From: Pseudomonadota bacterium
Lineage (GTDB): Bacteria > Pseudomonadota > Alphaproteobacteria > UBA6615
Length of the DNA stretch: 39,326 bases
Direction of reading: 5' to 3'
Assembly: GCA_027618305.1 (NCBI GenBank)
Contig: JAQCFD010000003.1
Location: 1 to 39,326 of the forward strand
The notes under the pieces: model-generated
What the model was told of the DNA's origin: nothing
The model's database searches: none
Seen by the model: only the letters and a program-made list of their open reading frames with translations
Made by a program: the position numbers and the translations under genes
Shown: in pieces, positions 28,760 to 38,548 of the stretch
Numbering within the stretch: the stretch's first letter is position 1
Layout of the letters: the number at the start of each line of letters is the position of its first letter

Positions 28760-30024
28760 GTGGCCAGGAAACCTGGGGTCGCGGGTTCTTCTGGTTCGCG
28801 TTGCTTTCGAGTTTGGTTGGCTTTCTCGGCTACTACGACGCGCAGGGCTTCGTCACAACGCCCCCCGCAATCGTGCTCGGCCTGCAACTCATTGCAGGTG
28901 GCGTTGGATTTTTGCTCCTGCGCGGACAACTGCTGACGAATATCCGAGGCGTCCTGCCCTTGATCCTGGTTGTTGCATGGGCTGCGATCACATTGGTCTG
29001 GGCCGATGATCCGTCCACGGCCCTGCGGCGCTGGCTTCTTGTGTTCACACCCGGGATTCTGCTTTGTCTGCTGGCGGCCAGCGACCCTCGACCACGACAG
29101 ACATTTGCTTGGTTCACCGCCCTCGTCGCCGTGATCACGATCGCGTCGGGAGCATTCTTCGCGGTCATAATGGCGTTCTGGGAGACGACAATCCCCGAGA
29201 ACGCACTGCGGTACTTTCTGGTTGATATCAATGGATGGGTGCTTGGCGTCGCGGAGGGGGGGCGGCAGTACAAACTAGGCATGTATATACCGCGCTTTTC
29301 CGGCCTGACCTCAAACCCCAACAGCTTGGGCCTGTTCGCCGCGATCGGCCTCATCGCGCTGGCGGCGATTGCGCACCCGAAACGTGATGCGCAAGGTGTC
29401 GGCCTCATTCTGGTCATAGGACTTGTCGCCTTCCTGTTGCTGATATCAGGGTCGCGTGCGGCATTCGCCATGGCCGCGACCGGCATCTTTTTCGTCGGCC
29501 TGCTCCGTACAAACAGACGCCGAACAGCGCGTCTCGCCGTTCTGCTGGTATGCGTCATGACCCTGTCGCTATATCTCATGACGTGGCTGACCGGCACCAC
29601 ACAGGACCTCGGACATGTAGAAGTCTTCGAACTGCGCGATCGCGCCCATGGGTGGCAAATTGCGATACGCGCGATAGGCGATGTCTGGCTGTCCGGGTTG
29701 GGTTTCGGGCTGACGCAGGAAGCGATCTATGCGCCCCTTGGCCTTCAAACAACCGCCCATTCCCTCTCATTGTCCATGCTCGTTGAAACCGGGGTTGTGG
29801 GATTTATTCTGGTTCTGGCCGCCTGGTTCACCCCGGTGTTCAAGGCCACGCGGCAGGGCCGAAACGTCACGGCCACCGATATCGCCATCGTGGCCCTGCT
29901 GATGGGCCTTTTCGTTCATCAGACAGTGGACAGTTCGGTTTTCCGTTATCATTGGGCGCACTTCGTCTTCGTCTACCTTCTCGGCGCCAGCGCCGGGTTG
30001 TCGGGATCGCGAACAAACGCGTAA
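28756..30024 (+). CDS. O-antigen ligase/Wzy polymerase family membrane protein
   Basis: About 11-12 TM segments; RFSGLTSNPNSLG, SGSRAA, R...W, GLGFG, AH...LVETGVVG. Confidence 0.85.
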   Translation: MSGQETWGRGFFWFALLSSLVGFLGYYDAQGFVTTPPAIVLGLQLIAGGVGFLLLRGQLLTNIRGVLPLILVVAWAAITLVWADDPSTALRRWLLVFTPGILLCLLAASDPRPRQTFAWFTALVAVITIASGAFFAVIMAFWETTIPENALRYFLVDINGWVLGVAEGGRQYKLGMYIPRFSGLTSNPNSLGLFAAIGLIALAAIAHPKRDAQGVGLILVIGLVAFLLLISGSRAAFAMAATGIFFVGLLRTNRRRTARLAVLLVCVMTLSLYLMTWLTGTTQDLGHVEVFELRDRAHGWQIAIRAIGDVWLSGLGFGLTQEAIYAPLGLQTTAHSLSLSMLVETGVVGFILVLAAWFTPVFKATRQGRNVTATDIAIVALLMGLFVHQTVDSSVFRYHWAHFVFVYLLGASAGLSGSRTNA

Positions 30025-30042
30025 GTATCACCCCCGAGAGGG

Positions 30043-31128
30043 TTGGTCGTGGCTTCAAACTTTAACTTCGTCTCAAGACGCGACACCGGTCCCGAGGCCT
30101 GGAACAGGTCTGCGGACATGTTTCCGGACGCTTGGATATGGCATCGCTGGGAAGCGATTGACGCCTATGCGACGTGGCCGAATACCCGCGATGCCAGCTT
30201 CGCGCTGCTCGACCCGACGACAAACCAGCCAGTCGCCCTGGTCCCCTTGCGGCATGTGGCAGGGCGTTGGCCGGCACGGCGCCTGACCAGCCGACTGGAA
30301 TCCACCGGCGGCCCGGCTTACGCAGCAACATTGTCACCGCGCCAGCGCAGCAACGCCGAACGCGACGTGCGCACCGGGTTGATTGATATCGCCCGGAAAG
30401 AAGGCGCACACCAGATCGAACTGGCGATGGCGCCACTTGCGCCGGCGCGGCACGGAGACGCGTCCAGCAACGTCAATCCGCTCGCAATGCTCGGCTGCGC
30501 GGAGGCCTCGACGCAGAGTTGGATCCTCGACCTTGAGGATCGGAGTGAGGCCGCGCTTTGGCGCAATCTTGAACACCGGGTCCGCAAGACCGTCAACAAG
30601 GCCGAACGCGGTGGGGTTACCGTGCGCGACGTTGGACCGGAGGACCTCGCAGACTATCTCCGTCTTCATCAAAGCGCTTCCGTCCGCAACGGATTGCCGG
30701 TCAAGCCTGCGGCCTATTTCGAAACGATTTTTGAGACCTTCCTGAAGCATGACCTGGCGGCCGGCTTCTGCGCGGTCGCACCGGACGGGCGAACAATCGC
30801 GATCCACATCTTTGCGGTCTACAAAGAGGCCGCCCTCTACTGGGTCGTGGCCAGTGACGAGGAAGCCCTGACGAGCGGCGCCAATGATCTGGTCCAGTGG
30901 CACGCGATCCACACGTTCGCCGCTCGAGGTCTCGTTCGTTATGAGTGCGGCGAAGCGTTTCCCGGTGCGCCCGCCGGCAAGCGTCGCCGGATCAGCGATT
31001 TCAAGAAAGGGTTCGGCGGCAACCTGGCACCCTATTATCGCGGCACGTTGACACACAGACCAATGGTTGCGGCGGCCCTGGAACTGGTCAGATCAACACG
31101 CCGGAATGACGACGGGGGCGAGTCGTGA
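30043..31128 (+). CDS. FemAB/FemX-like tandem GNAT-fold protein
   Basis: ILDL...LW.NL...RK.V.KA, YF..I, GANDLVQWHAI, FKKGFGG. Confidence 0.8.
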   Translation: MVVASNFNFVSRRDTGPEAWNRSADMFPDAWIWHRWEAIDAYATWPNTRDASFALLDPTTNQPVALVPLRHVAGRWPARRLTSRLESTGGPAYAATLSPRQRSNAERDVRTGLIDIARKEGAHQIELAMAPLAPARHGDASSNVNPLAMLGCAEASTQSWILDLEDRSEAALWRNLEHRVRKTVNKAERGGVTVRDVGPEDLADYLRLHQSASVRNGLPVKPAAYFETIFETFLKHDLAAGFCAVAPDGRTIAIHIFAVYKEAALYWVVASDEEALTSGANDLVQWHAIHTFAARGLVRYECGEAFPGAPAGKRRRISDFKKGFGGNLAPYYRGTLTHRPMVAAALELVRSTRRNDDGGES

Positions 31129-31871
31129 GTCAGACCGCGGCGCATTTCGACCGTGAGGCCGCAGAATATCCGACCCATATCGGCACGGACTACATCCAGG
31201 CGCGGAAATGGGCGCTCGTCGATGCCCATGCGCCCGGCACTGGGCGCGTGGCCGATATCGGGGCCGCCACAGGCCGCCACGCGCTTGCGCTCGCGGCGCG
31301 GCCGCTGGACATCGTCGCGATCGACCCGAGCCAACAGATGCTCGCGCAGCTTTGCCGGCTGGCCGACACCCGCGACCAAGACGGCACCATCCTGCCCTGT
31401 GCCGCAGCGCTACCCGCGCTGCCGATGACCGGCGCCACGTTCGACCTGATCTACTGTTTCTCGACATTGCTGCTGTTGTCCCCGCAGGATCAGGAGGCCG
31501 CACTTGCCGAGATGGCCGGGCTGCTTCGACCGGGTGGCTCTCTGATCGTCGATATCGCGGGATCCCGATCACTCGCCATAAGATACTGGCACCGCCATTA
31601 CCGTCGGCGCGGCCTAAGCGGTGTGTTCGGTCATTCCGCCCCGCGAACACGCGAGATGCTTGAGCAAAACGGGCTGAAAATCATCTCGATAGAAGCACAT
31701 GGTGTGCTCTCACAATTTCTGTTGGCACCCGGATTACAGCGGTTCCCCGGATTGATCAGACGCGTCCGGGGCAGTGAAACAAGACCGGGCTGGGACGCGG
31801 TGATCTCGTGCCGCCTGCCCGCCCTGGCGGAACGCTGGTACGTCGTGGCGCGGCGACCGGAGACGGTCTGA
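31125..31871 (+). CDS. Class I SAM-dependent methyltransferase
   Basis: VADIGAATG, AIDPS..ML, FDLIY, LLRPGG. Confidence 0.9.
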   Translation: MSQTAAHFDREAAEYPTHIGTDYIQARKWALVDAHAPGTGRVADIGAATGRHALALAARPLDIVAIDPSQQMLAQLCRLADTRDQDGTILPCAAALPALPMTGATFDLIYCFSTLLLLSPQDQEAALAEMAGLLRPGGSLIVDIAGSRSLAIRYWHRHYRRRGLSGVFGHSAPRTREMLEQNGLKIISIEAHGVLSQFLLAPGLQRFPGLIRRVRGSETRPGWDAVISCRLPALAERWYVVARRPETV

Positions 31872-31872
31872 G

Positions 31873-33326
31873 ATGATGATCGGTCGACATCGGATCGACG
31901 GCGATCTCGTGCTGCGGTTTATCGCCGAGGGTATGACCAAGGGCACCGCGCTTATCCTGGCCTTCCTCCTGGCGCGATGGCTGGCAGCGGACGGGTTTGG
32001 CGGCTATTCACAAACTCAGGCCCTGGTCGCCGTGCTCGTCCCCATCGTCCTCCTCGGCCTCGGCTTTGCGGTCATTCGCCAAATTGCGGGCGCCCGCACG
32101 ACCGCAGATATCGCGGCACCGATTGCCACGGCTTTCGTGATCTCATCGGCAATTTCATTGATCCTGGCAACGATCATGTGGACGGCGGCCAACTCGATTG
32201 CCGTACATTTTTCCAACCATCCGGCAGCGGCCACGCTGGTCCGCGCGGCAGCCATACTGCTCCCGATTGCGGCATGGCAATCCCTGATGTTCGAAGCCCT
32301 GCGCGCCCGACACAGGGTCAAATCGGCAACCCTGCTCCAGATCACCGAGGCTATCGCATCCCTGATCGCTATTATTGTCCTGACATTCCTCGATAACCTG
32401 ACGCCCGTCATCGCCATCAGGGTCATAACGGGGCTAAAATTTTTCTTCTTCCTGTGTGCCGGCGCCGACTTCCTGCTGCTACAGCGCATCCGCCCCAACC
32501 AACTCGTGATCCTGCCCCTGCCCGGCATCCGGTCGGCCCTTGCCCTGGGCATTCCATTCATGATCGCCGGTCTGGGCGAGTCACTCATGGGCCTCGTCGA
32601 TCGCGTTCTGGTCGGCAGCCTGGCCGGGGCCGACACCGTGGGGCGCTATGTTGCCGCGCAGACACTGATCGCCATTCTCGCATCATGGGGCGCGCCCTAC
32701 TGGTGGCTGCTCTATCCGCGCATGGCGCGCGCCATGGCCAACGACTCGCCGGCGGAAGCACAGGCGGCCACCCATCGACTTTTCGGGAACTTCATCGCCT
32801 GGGGCACGCCCCTCGCCGTTTTGCTCGCCATCCTCGGCGCACAAATTCTCACCCTCGCCCTGGGCGAGACGTTCCGAATCTCGCCGACAATAATGAGCGT
32901 CCTCGTCCTGGCCGTGTTTGTGAATCAATCCGCCACGCCGTGGGAATATTATCTGTACATCACCGGCAAGGCGGTTTTCCTGATGTGGGCATCCCTGGCG
33001 TGGGGCCTCGTCGCGGTCGCCGGCATCGTGCTCCTTTTGCCGGAGATCGGCCTGCTCGGCACCGCGATTTCAGTGGCGGCGGCTTCGCCCTGTCCGTGGT
33101 GGTGATGGCCGGCCGGCAAGGCGTGGGGCTTCAACTGCTGCCGCCCCACGTCACCCAGCGCTCGACCATCGGCTTTGCTGCGGGAGTCGGCGTGATTGGT
33201 TTTATGTATCTGGTGGCGATCCCGGCAACATTCCTGCCCTGGCACATCGCAGCCGCATTTCTCGCGACCTACGTGATCGCAAGCGGGCTCACCGCGCTGC
33301 TTCAGGCCCGCTGGCGAACCGCCTGA
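31873..33326 (+). pseudogene. Wzx/MOP-family oligosaccharide flippase with a 1-nt frameshift near 33073-33083
   Basis: LARWL...FG.Y, DRVLVG...VG.Y, GLLGTAIS. The frame stops at 33105, but the -1 frame continues GFALSVVVMAG...RWRTA* to 33326 with further TM segments; about 484 aa if repaired. Confidence 0.78.
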
Positions 33327-34429
33327 TCCGCCTCAATTTGCCGCAGCAGCGCCGCCGCCGCTGCCGCACCGGCATTCCCATCACCCTGCAGTGCGCGCCA
33401 CTTCGCAACGGCGACCGGATCAACCGGCACCGACATAAAATCATTCACCGCGTCGATGAGACCCGTCGCATCTGCGCCGACGATGCGCGTCAGGCCGAGA
33501 TCCACGGCGTCGGGCCGTTCGGTTTTTTCCCGCACAATCGCGACCCGGGTTCCCAGTGAGGCGGCTTCTTCCTGGACCCCGCCGGAATCCGACACGACAA
33601 ATTTCGCGGCCCGCTGCGCATGGAGAAATTTCGGATAGTCCAGGGGCTTACTCAACATCACCCGGTCGTTCCGGTCGCCGAAAAACTGGAAGGCCGTGCT
33701 GCGAACCCTGGGGTTGGGATGGACCGGCCAAAGAATTTGAAGATTGGGATAAGCATCCAGAATGGTGATCAGTTGACGACATGTCGCTTCGAGACGCGCC
33801 CCGAGATTTTCGCGCCGGTGCAATGTGACCAGCACGAAGTCCCCATTCGGCAGCCAGGCTATATCCCCGTCAGCGATCTGCGCCAACATCCCGTCCTGGC
33901 TGTCGAGGCCGCTGTTCCCGATGACCTCGATGCTCTCCGGCGGAACACCCTCGTTCAGCAAGTTCTCGCGCGCGCATGGATAGGGCGCCAGGTGAAGGCT
34001 CGCCAGGCGCGCGATTTCCTGCCGGAAACCCTCTTCCGGCCAGGGCTCGTGAATATCATGTGTGCGCAGGCCGGCCTCAAGGTGAATCACGGTGCTCTCA
34101 CCGAGATACCCGAAGAGCGCGCCGGCGAAGGCTGTCGCCGTATCGCCCTGCACGAGAATCCAGTCAGGACGTTTGCTGGCGTATCGTTCCGTCAGGCTGA
34201 CGATGGTGCGCTCGACCACCTCCATCGGGGTCTGGTCGCGCTGCATGAGGTTCAAATTCACATCGACCGTGAAGTCGAGCGCGTTCAATGTCTGCGTCAT
34301 AATCTCGGCATGCTGACCGGTACATACAACGCCAACATCACCGGCCAACTGCGTGCCGCGAATACGCGCAACCATCGGTGCGAGTTTGATCGCCTCGGGC
34401 CTCGTCCCAAAAATCACCAGCCCAGACAT
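33302..34429 (-). CDS. wecB: UDP-N-acetylglucosamine 2-epimerase (non-hydrolysing)
   Basis: FGTRPEAIK, TGQH, VQGDT, HLEAGLRT, PWPEE, TLHRREN, HPNP, DSGGVQEEA, TERP. Start 34429 or 34450. Confidence 0.93.
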   Translation of the reverse strand: MSGLVIFGTRPEAIKLAPMVARIRGTQLAGDVGVVCTGQHAEIMTQTLNALDFTVDVNLNLMQRDQTPMEVVERTIVSLTERYASKRPDWILVQGDTATAFAGALFGYLGESTVIHLEAGLRTHDIHEPWPEEGFRQEIARLASLHLAPYPCARENLLNEGVPPESIEVIGNSGLDSQDGMLAQIADGDIAWLPNGDFVLVTLHRRENLGARLEATCRQLITILDAYPNLQILWPVHPNPRVRSTAFQFFGDRNDRVMLSKPLDYPKFLHAQRAAKFVVSDSGGVQEEAASLGTRVAIVREKTERPDAVDLGLTRIVGADATGLIDAVNDFMSVPVDPVAVAKWRALQGDGNAGAAAAAALLRQIEADQAVRQRA

Positions 34430-34453
34430 GCAACGCCCTTTGTCATTCAAGTC

Positions 34454-35608
34454 TCAATCTGCGCGTTCCGCGAGTGCGCGCAAAATGTCCGCAGTTTGCG
34501 TGGCAACCCTGTCCGGGTCCCACATGCGCCAGGCCGCGTCCTGCGTTTCTTGCGCGAACGCAACCCGCTTGCGGGGATTGCCTTCCAAATCCCGCAACGC
34601 AGACGCGTAGGCACCGGAGTTCCCATCCACGAACAACACATGCAAACTTGCATATTCCGGCGACTCCACCGCAGGCAAGCGATTCACGATAATCGGCAGT
34701 CCTGAAAGCGCGGCCTCCATCACCGTTTTAGGCATTTCCCGAAAGGCGCTGTTCACGACCAGCACGTCATAGCGCGGCAAACTCGCGCAGAGTTCGCGAT
34801 TGTCCATGGCCCGGATGAAGCTGGTGCGGCGCCCCACACCACCCTCTTCGGCGGCGCGCTGCGCGGTGTCATGAAGCGGACCATCACCAATGAGCGTCAA
34901 TTCGACATTGGGCGTCACCTTGAGTGCTGCAATGATCGGGCCGGGATCCCGGCCCGGCATCTGGCGGCCCAACCAAAGCGCCCGCATCGGCACCCCGTAG
35001 CGCTCGCTGACGGTCGGGCGCGCCGTGACACCCACGACATTCGGCACCACGACGGTACGCTCGGCAATGTCAGGCGGCAGATAATCACGGATGGGCGCAT
35101 ACACCGCCATGACCGCCCCTGCACCCCGCAACGCCTGATGAACCGATGGCGCCAGCAGGCGTCGCCACAGCCGATCCCGCGCGCCAACATATTGCGATTG
35201 GATATGCGGATCAGGCGTCGTGTGAAGGCTCACGGCGTAGGGTATTTGGGCCTCGCGGCCGACAACAGCGGCCGCGACCGCCGCCAAACCATCACCATAG
35301 GCACGCACCAGGTCAGGCGGGTCCGACAGCAAATCGGATATGAGCCGCGCCAATCGCGTCTCGAGACGGCCCGGTCGCAGCCCAAAGGTTGCCGTCATCA
35401 ATCCACGACGGTCGATGCCCACATTCACATATCGGTGGCGTGCCGGTGCGCACAGACGCGCGATCATCAAATCCTCGGGCTGGTCCTCGACCAGGCCAAG
35501 CACCGTCACGGTATCGAACACGCCCGCCGGATTGAAATAGCCGTCCAGGATCTCGCCCTTGGCTTCCCATTCGGAAATTCGGTCTTCCAGGATGACCATC
35601 AGGTGCAT
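34454..35608 (-). CDS. GT4-like glycosyltransferase
   Basis: VSLH, VVPNVV, WLGR, IGDGPL, EMPKTVMEA (E-x7-E), GLPII; ATG 35608. Confidence 0.85.
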   Translation of the reverse strand: MHLMVILEDRISEWEAKGEILDGYFNPAGVFDTVTVLGLVEDQPEDLMIARLCAPARHRYVNVGIDRRGLMTATFGLRPGRLETRLARLISDLLSDPPDLVRAYGDGLAAVAAAVVGREAQIPYAVSLHTTPDPHIQSQYVGARDRLWRRLLAPSVHQALRGAGAVMAVYAPIRDYLPPDIAERTVVVPNVVGVTARPTVSERYGVPMRALWLGRQMPGRDPGPIIAALKVTPNVELTLIGDGPLHDTAQRAAEEGGVGRRTSFIRAMDNRELCASLPRYDVLVVNSAFREMPKTVMEAALSGLPIIVNRLPAVESPEYASLHVLFVDGNSGAYASALRDLEGNPRKRVAFAQETQDAAWRMWDPDRVATQTADILRALAERAD

Positions 35609-35860
35609 GGAACTTTGCTCTTTCCGGTTGCGGCCGCGGTCATCGCGACACCGTATTACTGTTCCGGCAAACACACACGGGTCCGATCCGGAGCACCGTA
35701 AAAACCGTGAGTACGAACAACGTCGCAGCCCGCCACCGGGTGGCGTCAACTGCTCACATGTAGACGATAATGTCGGCCACGCTATTCCTCCGAAACGGAT
35801 CTCCCTGTCGGAATAACCGCCCCCGGCCACGCGTCAGCCAAGATCAACAAGGGGGGGGAA

Positions 35861-35935
35861 TGGTGGGCACGGCTGGGATTGAACCAGCGACCCCTGCGAT
35901 GTCAACACAGTGCTCTCCCGCTGAGCTACGCGCCC
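35861..35935 (-). tRNA. tRNA-Val(GAC)
   Basis: GGGCGCGTAGCTCAGCGGGAGAGCA-CTGTG-TTGACAT-CGCAG-GGGTCGCTGGTTCAATCCCAGC-CGTGCCC-ACCA; 75 nt with encoded CCA. Confidence 0.97.
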
Positions 35936-36002
35936 CACCTGATACGGGTTTCAGCGTCGTCGGCAGAGACCATCTACGGTCTTCCGTCCACGACAGGGGC
36001 GG

Positions 36003-36031
36003 GTGATACACCGCACCTCCGCCGATGGCAA
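36003..36031 (-). promoter_or_regulatory. Probable sigma70 promoter of tRNA-Val
   Basis: Minus strand TTGCCA, 17-nt spacer, TATCAC, followed by a GC-rich discriminator. Confidence 0.55.
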
Positions 36032-36058
36032 GAGGCACACCCGCCAAATTCACAAGCG

Positions 36059-36388
36059 TTACCGCTTGTACTCGATCTCGTAGCCCACAACGTCCGTATT
36101 GCCGGTGTTGACCGCGTTATGCTCCACCGGTGCCGAATAGGATCCGGCCTTGCCGGGTTCGTAGCTGAACACCTTCGTGGTGCCGTCGGCAAAGTGCGAT
36201 GTGAGTTCGCCGGCGGTGAGATAGATCACCACATAATCGAGTTGGTGGGTGTGCCAGCCCGTCTGTTCACCGGGCTTGAGGGTGTATTTGATGATACGCG
36301 ACCGGTCATCCTCGTGGACGATATCGCTGAGCGCGGCCGTGCGGTCGGCGGCATCCGGTGTGTAGCTGATTTCGGCAGTGTTGGACAC
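36059..36388 (-). CDS. Small cupin domain protein
   Basis: LKPGEQTGWHTHQLDYVV, EHNAVN.G, EIE. Confidence 0.85.
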   Translation of the reverse strand: MSNTAEISYTPDAADRTAALSDIVHEDDRSRIIKYTLKPGEQTGWHTHQLDYVVIYLTAGELTSHFADGTTKVFSYEPGKAGSYSAPVEHNAVNTGNTDVVGYEIEYKR

Positions 36389-36448
36389 GAGAGCCCCCAG
36401 AATTATTGTTGTAACGTCCAGGGGACTATAGCAAATAACAGCGTCTCG

Positions 36449-36814
36449 TCAGGCGACCTGTTGTTCAAGGATCGCATCCACCTGATCGACCAGATCGCGC
36501 AGATGGAACGGTTTGGACAGGACCTTGGTGTCACCCATTTCCTCCCGCGCATTCATGGCCACCGCCGCGAAGCCCGTGATGAACAATACCTTCAGATCGG
36601 CATTCACCTTGCTGGCCTGGCGCGAAACCTCGATCCCGTCAATTCCCGGCATCACGATATCCGCGATCAGCAGTTCATAGGCGCGCTCCGACACGGCGTC
36701 GAGGGCAGCCAGACCGTCGGGCACCGCCGTGACCTCATGTCCGCTGCGCTCCAGCGCACGGGTCAGAAACTCACGCATTGATTGGTCGTCTTCGGCGAGC
36801 AAAATTCGCGCCAT
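36449..36814 (-). CDS. cpdR: Single-domain response regulator CpdR
   Basis: MARILLAEDD.SMR.FL.RAL, DIVMPGIDGIE, FITGFAAVA, VLSKPFHLRDLV; located between the amidohydrolase gene and tRNA-Val. Confidence 0.93.
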   Translation of the reverse strand: MARILLAEDDQSMREFLTRALERSGHEVTAVPDGLAALDAVSERAYELLIADIVMPGIDGIEVSRQASKVNADLKVLFITGFAAVAMNAREEMGDTKVLSKPFHLRDLVDQVDAILEQQVA

Positions 36815-37011
36815 CAAACCCGTATCCTCTAGGCTCGTCAGTGAAGGTCCGCATCGTCAGCACGGGGTATCCAAGGCTACCCCCAAAGCGGTTTCGAAAG
36901 GGTGAAGAAATTCGATCGCAGCGGCTGACGCCGCTTCCCGGCACTCACGTCAAAACACGCATCCGTGTCAAGGGTGACAGCCACCCCGCTTTTCGCTACA
37001 TCAGACATGTT

Positions 37012-37896
37012 ATGGACCGCGAACCCGTCAACGATTCAGCCGCCGCGATTGAGATTCTCGCGCCCGCCGAGCAGCGTGTTCCGCTGGTCTTCTCGTCGCC
37101 CCATAGCGGACGGGCCTACCCCGAGGCATTCCTCGCCGCCTCCAAACTCGATGCACATGCCATCCGCCGATCCGAAGATTCTTTCGTCGACGAATTGTTC
37201 GCCCAGGCACCACATCATGGTGCGCCGCTGCTGAAGGCATTGTTTCCGCGCGCCTTCGTGGACCCAAACCGCGAGCCTTATGAGCTCGATCCGGCGATGT
37301 TCATCGAAGCGCTCCCGGCCTTCGTCAACAAGCACTCGCCCCGGGTGGCTGCCGGGCTCGGCACGATCGCACGGGTGGTCGCCAATGGCGCGGAGATATA
37401 CTCGTGCAAGCTCTCCTTCTCGGAGGTGTGCGAACGCATCGAACGTTGCTACCAGCCCTACCATGAAGCGCTGGAAGATCTGATTACCCAGACCCGCACG
37501 GCATTTGGCACCTGCATACTCATCGACTGCCATTCCATGCCATCCGTCGGAGGACCGATGGAGAATGACGCCGGGCGCCGGCGCCAGGTAGATTTCATCC
37601 TCGGCGACGCCCATGGCCGGTCCTGCAACCGGTCCCTGACGGGCCTGGTCGAGGAAACCTTGCGCGAGATGGGCTACACCGTCGTCCGCAACGCGCCCTA
37701 TTCGGGCGGCTTTATCACCCGCAATTATGGTCGTCCGGATATCGGGGTGCATGCGCTGCAGATCGAAATCAACCGCGCGCTCTATATGGACGAAGCAACC
37801 ATCGAACGCACCGAAGGCATGGCAAAAGTCGCCGAGAATATGAGCCTGCTGGCGGCGCGACTGGCCGCGCTTGAACCTGCGGCCCTCGCTGCCTGA
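37012..37896 (+). CDS. N-formylglutamate amidohydrolase family protein
   Basis: SSPHSG, SEDSFVDELF, RAFVDPNR, YH..L, DCHSMPS, PYSGG, HALQIEINR.LY. Confidence 0.92.
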   Translation: MDREPVNDSAAAIEILAPAEQRVPLVFSSPHSGRAYPEAFLAASKLDAHAIRRSEDSFVDELFAQAPHHGAPLLKALFPRAFVDPNREPYELDPAMFIEALPAFVNKHSPRVAAGLGTIARVVANGAEIYSCKLSFSEVCERIERCYQPYHEALEDLITQTRTAFGTCILIDCHSMPSVGGPMENDAGRRRQVDFILGDAHGRSCNRSLTGLVEETLREMGYTVVRNAPYSGGFITRNYGRPDIGVHALQIEINRALYMDEATIERTEGMAKVAENMSLLAARLAALEPAALAA

Positions 37897-37904
37897 GACA
37901 GACC

Positions 37905-38474
37905 TTGGTATTGGCCCCCGATCAGGCTGGTTCATTCACGCTGCGCGATGCATGTGCGGATGATGCGGTGGCCGTTCAGGCGATCTACGCCACCCATGTG
38001 CTGACCGGGCTCGCCTCGTTCGAGGAAGTGCCGCCGGATGCCGGCGAGATGGCACGGCGCATGGCGGTCATTCAGGCAAAGGGACTGCCGTATATTGTCG
38101 CCGAGCGTGACGGCCGGATAGGCGGCTACGCCTATGCCAGCCCCTTTCGCGAACGTTCCGCGTACCGCTATACCGTCGAGGATTCGGTCTACGTCGCAAA
38201 TGACGCGCTGCGCCGCGGGCTGGGTCGATCCTTGCTGAACGCGGTCATCACACGCTGCACCGCAGCGGGCTTCCGGCAAATGATCGCGGTGATCGGCGAC
38301 AGCGAAAACCAGGGTTCAATCGGCCTTCACAGACATCTGGGTTTCGAAATGATCGGGACCATGCCGGCCGTGGGCTACAAATTCGGTCGTTGGGTCGACA
38401 GCGTACGCATGCAGCGCGCACTTGGCCCCGGCGCCGAAACACCACCCGGGGCCGCCGGCCACGAGCGAAACTAG
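37905..38474 (+). CDS. GNAT N-acetyltransferase (phosphinothricin/methionine-sulfoximine acetyltransferase-like)
   Basis: ASFEE.PP, GYAYA..FR.R.AYRYTVEDSVYV, GLGR.LL, SIGLH...GF, GYKFGRWVD. Confidence 0.9.
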   Translation: MVLAPDQAGSFTLRDACADDAVAVQAIYATHVLTGLASFEEVPPDAGEMARRMAVIQAKGLPYIVAERDGRIGGYAYASPFRERSAYRYTVEDSVYVANDALRRGLGRSLLNAVITRCTAAGFRQMIAVIGDSENQGSIGLHRHLGFEMIGTMPAVGYKFGRWVDSVRMQRALGPGAETPPGAAGHERN

Positions 38475-38519
38475 GCGTGGCGGCTGACCAAATCGACCGC
38501 AGCCTGCGTATGTGGGGGT

Positions 38520-38548
38520 AAAAAAAAGGGCCGTGGAAACCACGGCCC
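38520..38548 (-). terminator. Intrinsic terminator of the sRNA
   Basis: 9-bp stem gggccgtgg/ccacggccc with a 3-nt loop and U8. Confidence 0.9.

Noticed and set aside
35609-35870. Integrative element or prophage at tRNA-Val
   Set aside because: No integrase and no att duplication found by eye. The G8 run at 35851-35858 is non-coding with no evident role.
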